From NCBI GenBank assembly GCA_023231065.1, contig JALNWE010000002.1, forward strand, positions 30,952-94,951: 64,000 nt of DNA. The letters are read 5' to 3'. Origin of the DNA: Bacteroidales bacterium. GTDB taxonomy: Bacteria; Bacteroidota; Bacteroidia; Bacteroidales; FEN-979. The notes beneath the pieces are model-generated. The model did no database searches and was not told the origin of the DNA. It saw only the letters and a list, made by a program, of their open reading frames with translations. The translations under genes were made by a program, and so were the position numbers. Shown here piece by piece: positions 56,885-64,000 of the stretch. Position 1 is the stretch's first letter. Each line of letters begins with the position of its first letter.

Positions 56885-57544
56885 CTATTTTTTTATGGGT
56901 TTTGTTACGGGTGTACCAGAGGATTCTGAGCCGGAAGTCCCGCCAGCTTTTGTTCCGCCAGTTTTGGCAGGGGCTGTTCCGCCGGTAGCGCCACTTCCGG
57001 TTGGGGTTTTAACTTTTGCTTTTCTGCCGCTCAGACTGGCGCCGAGATTATCCAGGACTTCATCGCTGATATCATATTTGGGATTTGCATACATCATGGT
57101 CAAGCTGCCCCCTTTATCAAAGATAATGGCATAATTGCTATTAGTAGCAATTTCCTGAATGGCGTTATAGATCTTTTCCTGGATTGGTTTGACCAGCTCC
57201 TGACGTTTTTTAAACAAATCCCCATCCTTGCCAAAACGGGTCCTTTGCAGGTTCTTAGCCTCTTTTTCTTTATCCACGATCTCCTGTTCCTTCTTTTTCT
57301 TCATATCATCCGGGAGGAGAACTGATTGTACCTGATAATCTTTGTACATTTTATCCACTTCGGTAAATTTTGTATCAATCTCCTTTTGCCATACCGAGGA
57401 AATTTCATCCAATTGTGCTTGTGCTTCGGTAAATTCAGGAATATTATCCAGGATATATTCAGTATCCACATAGGCAAATTTTTGTGCCTGCGCCAATGTA
57501 ACCATGAAAAAAACGGTTACCATTGTAATAATCAGCTTTTTCAT
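56885..57544 (-). CDS. OmpH/Skp-family periplasmic chaperone with G/T/S/A-rich C-terminal tail
   Basis: 219 aa with a signal peptide and FAYVDTEYILDNIPE, typical of Bacteroidota OmpH. The C-terminal ~45 aa are low complexity (PTGSGATGGTAPAKTGGTKAGGTSGSESSGTP). Confidence 0.85.
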   Translation of the reverse strand: MKKLIITMVTVFFMVTLAQAQKFAYVDTEYILDNIPEFTEAQAQLDEISSVWQKEIDTKFTEVDKMYKDYQVQSVLLPDDMKKKKEQEIVDKEKEAKNLQRTRFGKDGDLFKKRQELVKPIQEKIYNAIQEIATNSNYAIIFDKGGSLTMMYANPKYDISDEVLDNLGASLSGRKAKVKTPTGSGATGGTAPAKTGGTKAGGTSGSESSGTPVTKPIKK

Positions 57545-57614
57545 ATAAACCTCCGGTTATTAAATTATTATCTGTTTCATGGTATAGTCATTTCCTGGCA
57601 TTTCCTGTCCTGCC

Positions 57615-60242
57615 TTAATCTATGGATGAATTGATTGAGAAATGGAACTGTCCGCCATTGGCCCCTGAAACGCCACTGACTGCATCCAGTCCATAACCCC
57701 AATCCAAACCCAGCAATCCGAACATGGGGAGAAACACACGGATACCAACCCCGACAGAACGGTAAACATTGAAAGGATTAAAGTTACTCCAGTAAAGCCA
57801 ATCATTACCGGCTTCCACGAAAGTAAGCGCGAAAATAGTAGCGCTCGGGTTCAGTGAAATCGGGTATCTTAATTCCAGGGTATATTTTGTATAAACAGAA
57901 CCACCAACTGAATTGGGATATCCTGGAGTGAGTGAATTGTTGATGTATCCCCTCATTCCGATCAATTCACGGCCATCCATGTTGTTATACCCTGTTAACC
58001 CGTCGCCCCCAAGATAAAACCTTTCAAATGGCGTTACCCCCAGGTTATTGTTATAGGCCCCCAGGTACCCAAACTGGAGCCGGGGAGTAAGTACCAGCTT
58101 TTCAATCAGGTTGATATACCAGGATCCTTTGAATTTGATTTTATAATACTCCACCCAACGGTACCGTTCACTGGCGTCCATCGATTTATAATCCACATTG
58201 CCCCTGAAAAGTGAATAGGGTGGCGTCAGTTCCAGATTGAGGGAAATTTCAGAACCATTCCGGGCATAAATTGGAGCATCAATCGAATTCCTGCTAAGGG
58301 TAATCCCGTAACTGATGGCATTATAAACTCCGTTCCCGCCGCCAAAAGTAAAAATGGAGGTATAATTATAGGTATTGTACCGGTTATAATTAATACTTTG
58401 ATACAGGGAAAAATAATCATCGGGCCAGCGTAACCGTTGTCCCAGTCCTACTGACACCCCGTCGATCTTGAAGAAAGCATAACTGGCATCGTTGGTTGCT
58501 AATCCGTTGGTATATTTGGAATGGAAATATGATAAACTGAGCGCCAATGGCTTACGCCCGCCCAGCCAGGGCTCTGTGAAGGAGAAACTATAACTGAAAT
58601 ATCCCTTTCCATAGGTTTGAAAACGAAGGCTCAGCTTTTGGCCATCGCCCGATGGAACTGGTCTCCATGCTTTCGGGTTCAGGGCGTTTCTCAATGAAAA
58701 ATTGTTGAATGAGATACCAACAGTACCAACAATACGGCCATAGCCCCATCCCCCTGAAAGTTCAATCTGGTCAGCCGAAGTTTCTGTCACATCGAAACCA
58801 ATATCCACGGTGCCATCGTCCGGATTGGGATTAACGTTGGGCGTCAGTTTTTCGGCATCAAAATATTTAAGCTGTGCCAATGTCCGCTGGGACCGGATCA
58901 AACGGTCGCGGCTAAAAAGCTGTCCGGGCCGGGTATCAGTTTCTCTCAATGCAACATGGTCATTGGTCTTGGTATTTCCTTTGATCGTCACTTTATTGAC
59001 AGTCGCCTGTTTCCCTTCACGCATCCTGATTTCCAGATCGATAGAATCATTTTCAACCCTGGTTTCAACCGGTATCACATCAAAAAACAGGTATCCGTCG
59101 TCCATGTATAATGAACGTATATCGGCTCCGCTCGGATTATAGGTCAAAGCTTGTTCCAGCGCATCCTGGTCATAAATATCCCCTTTCTGGATCTTTAATA
59201 TTCGGTTAAGAAATTGCGAGGAATATTTTGTATTGCCAAGCCAGGTAATATTCCGGATATAATATTTGTCCCCTTCATCAATCCAGAGATCAATGTTGAT
59301 GGTATTGTCGGGATTCTTCGAAATAGAATCGCGGAGGATCCTGGCATCGCGATATCCAAGTGAATTATATTTTTTGATGAGGAGAAGTTTATCTTCCTGA
59401 TAATCTTCATCAATGAATTTTGAGGATTTGAAAATCCGTAACCGGATATTATCTGTCCCTTGCTTCGCGACCACATTGACAATTTCGACGAAGTCCAATT
59501 CCGCTGTTGTCTTCACCGTCTCAACCACCATTTCATCCAGGCCATTCATGGGATTAAAAACACTTTTTTCTTTGGTCTTTTTGAAGGCGTTTTTGATCAT
59601 GTCCGCACCCACCTCTTTATTCCCATGAATGTTGATCGTATAAACCTTAACCTTTTCATTTTTATCAATGTTGAGGTACATGGTCACCTCATTGACAGCG
59701 GCAGAATCCCTTTTAAGGATAATGTTTACTTCAGCATTCAGGAATCCCTTGTCATTATAAAATTTCTGAATGATATTTTTTGTTTTAATAATCAGGTTAT
59801 CTGTAACATAGTCACCTTTGACCAACCTGATCTTTTCACGGATATCATCGGCATCGGATTTCTTGATCCCGTTAAACTGAAACTTGGACAGACGCGGCCG
59901 TTCCTGTAAATAAATATCCAGGAATATCTGGTTATCAACGACTTTAGTGACACTTATACGAATATCTTCAAACAATCCCTGTTCCCATAACTTCCTGACT
60001 GCCTGTGGGATCTGATCCCCGTTAGGGACCTTGATCTTGTCGCCAACGGTAAGTCCCGATAGCATGATCAGGACGTTACCGTCCAGGTATTTAACACCAC
60101 TGACAGTAATCCCTCCGATGTATAAATCTTTGGGATTGTTATAATCGTTTAAATCGATTTCACCCAGGCTGATCTGTGCAAAAAGCGATTGGGCAAGGAG
60201 GAATGGCAGGAATAAAAAAATCAGGTAACGGGGTCTCATCAA
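57615..60242 (-). CDS. bamA: Outer membrane protein assembly factor BamA
   Basis: 875 aa. POTRA repeats follow the signal peptide and an Omp85 barrel lies at the C-terminus. The uppS-bamA-skp-skp synteny supports the call. Confidence 0.9.
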   Translation of the reverse strand: MMRPRYLIFLFLPFLLAQSLFAQISLGEIDLNDYNNPKDLYIGGITVSGVKYLDGNVLIMLSGLTVGDKIKVPNGDQIPQAVRKLWEQGLFEDIRISVTKVVDNQIFLDIYLQERPRLSKFQFNGIKKSDADDIREKIRLVKGDYVTDNLIIKTKNIIQKFYNDKGFLNAEVNIILKRDSAAVNEVTMYLNIDKNEKVKVYTINIHGNKEVGADMIKNAFKKTKEKSVFNPMNGLDEMVVETVKTTAELDFVEIVNVVAKQGTDNIRLRIFKSSKFIDEDYQEDKLLLIKKYNSLGYRDARILRDSISKNPDNTINIDLWIDEGDKYYIRNITWLGNTKYSSQFLNRILKIQKGDIYDQDALEQALTYNPSGADIRSLYMDDGYLFFDVIPVETRVENDSIDLEIRMREGKQATVNKVTIKGNTKTNDHVALRETDTRPGQLFSRDRLIRSQRTLAQLKYFDAEKLTPNVNPNPDDGTVDIGFDVTETSADQIELSGGWGYGRIVGTVGISFNNFSLRNALNPKAWRPVPSGDGQKLSLRFQTYGKGYFSYSFSFTEPWLGGRKPLALSLSYFHSKYTNGLATNDASYAFFKIDGVSVGLGQRLRWPDDYFSLYQSINYNRYNTYNYTSIFTFGGGNGVYNAISYGITLSRNSIDAPIYARNGSEISLNLELTPPYSLFRGNVDYKSMDASERYRWVEYYKIKFKGSWYINLIEKLVLTPRLQFGYLGAYNNNLGVTPFERFYLGGDGLTGYNNMDGRELIGMRGYINNSLTPGYPNSVGGSVYTKYTLELRYPISLNPSATIFALTFVEAGNDWLYWSNFNPFNVYRSVGVGIRVFLPMFGLLGLDWGYGLDAVSGVSGANGGQFHFSINSSID

Positions 60243-60245
60243 GGT

Positions 60246-61010
60246 CTATTTTCGTATGGTTCCTTCTAATTCATTGAGTTGTTCGCTGGTAAGACCAAAT
60301 CTACGCTCCCTGTGTTGAAAATCGAGAATAGCTTTGAAAAAATCTTCTTTACAAAAATCAGGCCAGAGTGTTTTTGTAAAGTACAATTCTGTATAAGCGA
60401 TCTGCCAGAGTAAAAAATTGCTGATCCGATACTCCCCACTGGTCCTGATAAGTAATTCAGGGTCAGGGATACCGGTCGTAGCCAACGATGAAGTCAGGGT
60501 AGATAAATTGATCTGGTCTGGAGTCATTTCCTTGTTCTCCACTTTCCTTGCTATGGCACGGGTTGCTTCTAATAATTCCCACCGTGAGCTGTAACTCAGC
60601 GCCAGCACCATAGTAAGTCCGGTATTCTCCGATGTTTCCCCGATAGCATGCATGAGTTCGCCGTAGCTCTTAGGGGGAAGTGTTTTCAGATCGCCGATAG
60701 CGGCCAACCGGATATTGTTTTTCATCATGGTTTTCATCTCTCCGCGGAGTGAATCAACCAGAATGTGCATCAATGCGTCAATCTCATATTTAGGGCGATT
60801 CCAGTTTTCGGTAGAAAAAGCATAGAGGGTCAGGTATTTAATCCCCAACTCCGCGGCAACCTCCACGGTATTTCTCACGGCGTCCACCCCTTTCTCATGA
60901 CCTAGTGTCCGGGCAAAACCACGTCTTCGGGCCCAACGCCCGTTTCCATCCATGATGACAGCTACATGTACCGGTACTTTATTTTTATCGATCTGTTCTT
61001 TTAGCCCCAT
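60246..61010 (-). CDS. uppS: Isoprenyl transferase / undecaprenyl-diphosphate synthase
   Basis: 254 aa with HVAVIMDGNGRWA, FSTENWNRP and LIRTSGEYRISNFLLWQ. Confidence 0.93.
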   Translation of the reverse strand: MGLKEQIDKNKVPVHVAVIMDGNGRWARRRGFARTLGHEKGVDAVRNTVEVAAELGIKYLTLYAFSTENWNRPKYEIDALMHILVDSLRGEMKTMMKNNIRLAAIGDLKTLPPKSYGELMHAIGETSENTGLTMVLALSYSSRWELLEATRAIARKVENKEMTPDQINLSTLTSSLATTGIPDPELLIRTSGEYRISNFLLWQIAYTELYFTKTLWPDFCKEDFFKAILDFQHRERRFGLTSEQLNELEGTIRK

Positions 61011-61025
61011 GATATATTTCCTGAA

Positions 61026-61844
61026 TCAGTGGTTCAGGTCCTTACATTTTTTACTCCCTGTTAAGTTAAATTTATACGTCAGGGACACCCCAAAAAAGGA
61101 AAACCAATCCATATTGTTCGGATCCCCCCGTTGCATACCGGTTTGATGAGTTCCCAAGGGGTCAGAATATTCAACCCCTGAGACAAACGTTGTACTAACA
61201 TCATCCAGATAATCCGTGAAGGTTTTATGCATTTCCCAAAACACCTGCATTCCTAATCTTTTAGCCAAACTTACCTTAGCGCCTATTCCGAACGGAATAG
61301 AAAAACCAACCAGGGAATAAGGCTGACGTCCATTATATCCAATTTTTTGACCTTCTGTCCCAACGGTAACCAAGGAAATTCCATTATTCATCGGTTTAAA
61401 GAGAAACACTGAAACGCCGGCGTAAATGTACGGTGATATCCAGTTTCTTTCACTGCCCGTGAAATAAGGAAAAAAATTAAATTCAGCTACGGCAGAAATG
61501 TCTGTAATATTGCTAGTAAAACTCAGTCCTAAGGTTTGAATAAAGGGGTTTCCCTGTGATGCATCAGCCGCGACAGCGCCTTTCATGAGGGCTAATTTCA
61601 CGGCCCATCGGGTATCGATATCATACCGCGCCAGAACGCCAAAGAAAGGTTTGATGTCCGTAAAAGGTGTACCGGGATTAAGGTCGCCAAGGTAATAAGA
61701 ACCTCCTCCGGTTATCCCGAATTCCATATCCTGACCGGTAACTGTCACTGAAAACAGGATAAAGAAAAACATCCCGAAAACCGGTCGGGGATACGGTTGC
61801 AACATACCTCTCAAAAATGGAATTTTGTTTATTTTTCTCAACAA
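61026..61844 (-). CDS. Outer-membrane beta-barrel protein of unknown function
   Basis: 272 aa with a signal-like N-terminus, alternating aromatic/glycine beta-strand pattern, and a conserved position upstream of uppS in Bacteroidota. Confidence 0.5.
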   Translation of the reverse strand: MLRKINKIPFLRGMLQPYPRPVFGMFFFILFSVTVTGQDMEFGITGGGSYYLGDLNPGTPFTDIKPFFGVLARYDIDTRWAVKLALMKGAVAADASQGNPFIQTLGLSFTSNITDISAVAEFNFFPYFTGSERNWISPYIYAGVSVFLFKPMNNGISLVTVGTEGQKIGYNGRQPYSLVGFSIPFGIGAKVSLAKRLGMQVFWEMHKTFTDYLDDVSTTFVSGVEYSDPLGTHQTGMQRGDPNNMDWFSFFGVSLTYKFNLTGSKKCKDLNH

Positions 61845-61909
61845 CTTTGTATAACGCCCAAATCGCTACTTTATTTGATCTCCAGTAAGTTTTTCCGGAT
61901 TATTTTGGA

Positions 61910-62788
61910 CTAGTTGCGATTATCCAATCCCCAGTTCAATTTTTCACGAATGGTTTGAAAGAAATCTTTTTCAGGCAAACGCAGCAGATTAATTTTAAAA
62001 GGCGCTTTCCGGATGATCAGTCCGGTAGATGTTTGAACTTTTTCGATCCTCGAATCCAGGCTTACTAAAAATTCATTGGCTTTACTTTCCACCCTGATCC
62101 TGATCTCAACGTCGTCGCGTAGTACGATGGGCCTTACAGTCAGGTTATGACTGGCGATCGGGGTGATGACAAAATTTTCCGTATCAGGGGTCATAATAGG
62201 GCCCGTGCAACTGAGTGAATAAGCAGTGGAACCTGTGGGTGTGGCAACAATTAAACCATCAGCCCAGTATGCATTCAGGAATTCACCGTTGATCCATGTC
62301 TTAATGGTAAGCATCGACATCACATTGGGTTTATAAACAGTGAGGTCATTTAAAGCAAAACCAGTCTTTCCAAAGAGATCAGCAGGCTGGATTAATTGAA
62401 GCAAAGTTCGTTTTTCGAGCAAATAATTTCCATTTTCAATAGCAGCTAACGCCGGATTAAGTTGCTCGCGAGAGATACCTGATAAAAAACCAAGGCGTCC
62501 CATATTGATTCCCGTGACCGGTATCCCTGAATTACCGATGATCCTGACTGCATCCAGGATAGTCCCGTCTCCGCCAATGGAAAACAGAAAATCGACCTTG
62601 CCTTTCAGGTCCGTTTGAAGATCAAAGAATTCCGGCTCGCGGTCAAACCTCAGTTTTTCGCGAATGGATTCATAAAAAGGAAGATAAATATAAAAAATCC
62701 CATCCCCGGACTGAAAGTGATCAACCAATTCCTGAACACAGGGAATGATCTGATCGGCAACATGTTTTCCAAAAAGGGCAACCTTCAT
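61910..62788 (-). CDS. nadK: NAD kinase
   Basis: The start was moved to the ATG at 62788 (MKVALFGK). Contains the GGDGT motif (FSIGGDGTILDA) and TPTGSTAYSLS. About 292 aa. Confidence 0.9.
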   Translation of the reverse strand: MKVALFGKHVADQIIPCVQELVDHFQSGDGIFYIYLPFYESIREKLRFDREPEFFDLQTDLKGKVDFLFSIGGDGTILDAVRIIGNSGIPVTGINMGRLGFLSGISREQLNPALAAIENGNYLLEKRTLLQLIQPADLFGKTGFALNDLTVYKPNVMSMLTIKTWINGEFLNAYWADGLIVATPTGSTAYSLSCTGPIMTPDTENFVITPIASHNLTVRPIVLRDDVEIRIRVESKANEFLVSLDSRIEKVQTSTGLIIRKAPFKINLLRLPEKDFFQTIREKLNWGLDNRN

Positions 62789-62852
62789 GGCAAAGTGTTT
62801 TCTGAAATAAGTGTGCAAAGATACTCGATTTTTATACTCTTTTATCAGTTCA

Positions 62853-64000
62853 TCAGATTGGGGCCATAAAATGCAGGTAAAAACCTGTATCGCCCAATGA
62901 ATTAACTGAGAATTCCATACGGACGACAAGATCATAATAGGTAGTGAAATCTACTCCGGCGCCATATCCTGCAAGCAGGCTATTCTGCAATGAATTCCCG
63001 GTGCAATTTCGGTTCCATGAACTCACTCCATTATAATTATAAACGTAACCCAGATCAACAAAAGCATTCAGGTATAAGGCCAGTGGAACCGTGTTGAATT
63101 TACTGGATTTCAGAAAATTCAGCTTGATAACATGCTGAGGCAAAAGAGCAAATTTCAGGTTGTTTTTTAATAATACAAAATGCTGCCCATCAATTACATA
63201 GTACTCGTATCCACGGACATAATCCCTTCCATATCCTAGGCCCTGCTGCAAGTAATAGGGTTGCTCCTTTTCAAAGCTTAATTTTCCGGTAAAGCCCGAA
63301 GCCCAATACCAACGTTTATACAGTTGCCAGTATTTCCTGAAATTGGCTTTTAGATATGCATTGTGTGCAACCATGTATGGAACCGCGTAATTGAATTCAG
63401 CATCGATGTAATGACCTGTCAGAGGATAAAACTGGACATCCCGGTGATCATTTTTAAAAATATAGTTAATGGTTGCAAACTGCTGAATGAGCGATTCCTC
63501 GAAAAAGAATCCAGGTACGTTCATCAACTGCTCATCAAAATCATAATAGCTGTATGAAACGCGGATGGTATGAGTAGAATAAAAATTAGGACGGGCAATC
63601 ATTTCAATATATCCATATCCCAGCTTCTTTAGAAAAATGGAGCCATCTTTTATATAGACCGGTTTGTTATGGAGGCTGGCTACCGGGATTTCGTGGTTCA
63701 GATCAACCTCGGCGCCAAATCCCAATCCAAATTTTTGTTTGTGATCTATATACGGTATTTGATAAGTAAATCCATATTTCTGGTTATATCCAAAGTGGGT
63801 CAATATCTTTAAGGTTTCATTCCGTCCCCGGACATTCGAAAAAGTAAGGTCAACGCCATAGGTGAGCCGCCCTAAGTCACGGCTTTCCAACCACACATTG
63901 AAATTCCGGTCTGAAAATTCAAAAAATGGGATAGGCCAGATATACCAGCGCTCAATTACGGATATTTTGATATCGACTATGTTCAAATCCTGAACGGGGA
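62853..64000 (-). CDS. Outer-membrane beta-barrel protein, Omp85/BamA-like (5' end beyond the window)
   Basis: The reading frame stays open to the window edge, and the TTG at 63986 is only the first alternative start. The Y/F/G-rich strand pattern is typical of a large barrel. Confidence 0.4.
   Translation of the reverse strand, partial: PVQDLNIVDIKISVIERWYIWPIPFFEFSDRNFNVWLESRDLGRLTYGVDLTFSNVRGRNETLKILTHFGYNQKYGFTYQIPYIDHKQKFGLGFGAEVDLNHEIPVASLHNKPVYIKDGSIFLKKLGYGYIEMIARPNFYSTHTIRVSYSYYDFDEQLMNVPGFFFEESLIQQFATINYIFKNDHRDVQFYPLTGHYIDAEFNYAVPYMVAHNAYLKANFRKYWQLYKRWYWASGFTGKLSFEKEQPYYLQQGLGYGRDYVRGYEYYVIDGQHFVLLKNNLKFALLPQHVIKLNFLKSSKFNTVPLALYLNAFVDLGYVYNYNGVSSWNRNCTGNSLQNSLLAGYGAGVDFTTYYDLVVRMEFSVNSLGDTGFYLHFMAPI

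Noticed and set aside
1-64000. Search for mobile elements, prophage, defence islands, CRISPR, rRNA or tRNA genes.
   Set aside because: No transposase, integrase, recombinase, restriction, toxin-antitoxin or cas-like ORFs were found in any frame. No long terminal inverted repeats were seen, and no cloverleaf-like tRNA sequence was noticed in the intergenic spacers I read. The window looks like core chromosome.

Overview
This 64-kb chromosomal segment comes from an anaerobic member of the Bacteroidota. Supporting evidence: TAnnTTTG -7 promoter boxes, a T9SS C-terminal sorting domain, an S46 dipeptidyl-peptidase, and the uppS-bamA-skp-skp block. Rubredoxin/rubrerythrin, two 2-oxoacid:ferredoxin oxidoreductases and a glycyl-radical enzyme point to an anaerobic lifestyle. 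Coding density is high and most genes are housekeeping: efp, lpxD, purD, rnhB, lpxH, tilS, dsbD, nadB, nadK, uppS and bamA. I saw no transposase, integrase, phage gene, CRISPR array, rRNA or tRNA. Accessory content includes a surface-polysaccharide locus with a ligase/polymerase, two tandem Wzz-like proteins, a Wzx flippase, a GT4 and an FkbM methyltransferase. It also includes secreted peptidases and several unknown proteins. The most notable items are listed here. (1) An hpdB-hpdC-hpdA-like glycyl-radical arylacetate decarboxylase operon with a double 4-Cys small subunit, followed by an aminotransferase and a four-subunit OFOR. (2) A translationally coupled operon, probably outside the dcw cluster (no dcw gene is in this window), that encodes a PP-loop-like protein, a MurD homologue and a LysM glucosaminidase. 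This is a candidate MurL/MurD2 L-Glu route to peptidoglycan D-Glu. (3) A family of heptanucleotide tandem arrays that start within a few nucleotides of stop codons. The identical ATTGACC unit occurs at two loci 27 kb apart. (4) A truncated mnmD-like gene abutting a convergent hydrolase gene. (5) Small genes missed by the ORF track (rubredoxin and a Pmp3/YqaE proteolipid). All functional calls rest on motif recognition by eye, and no database search was possible.
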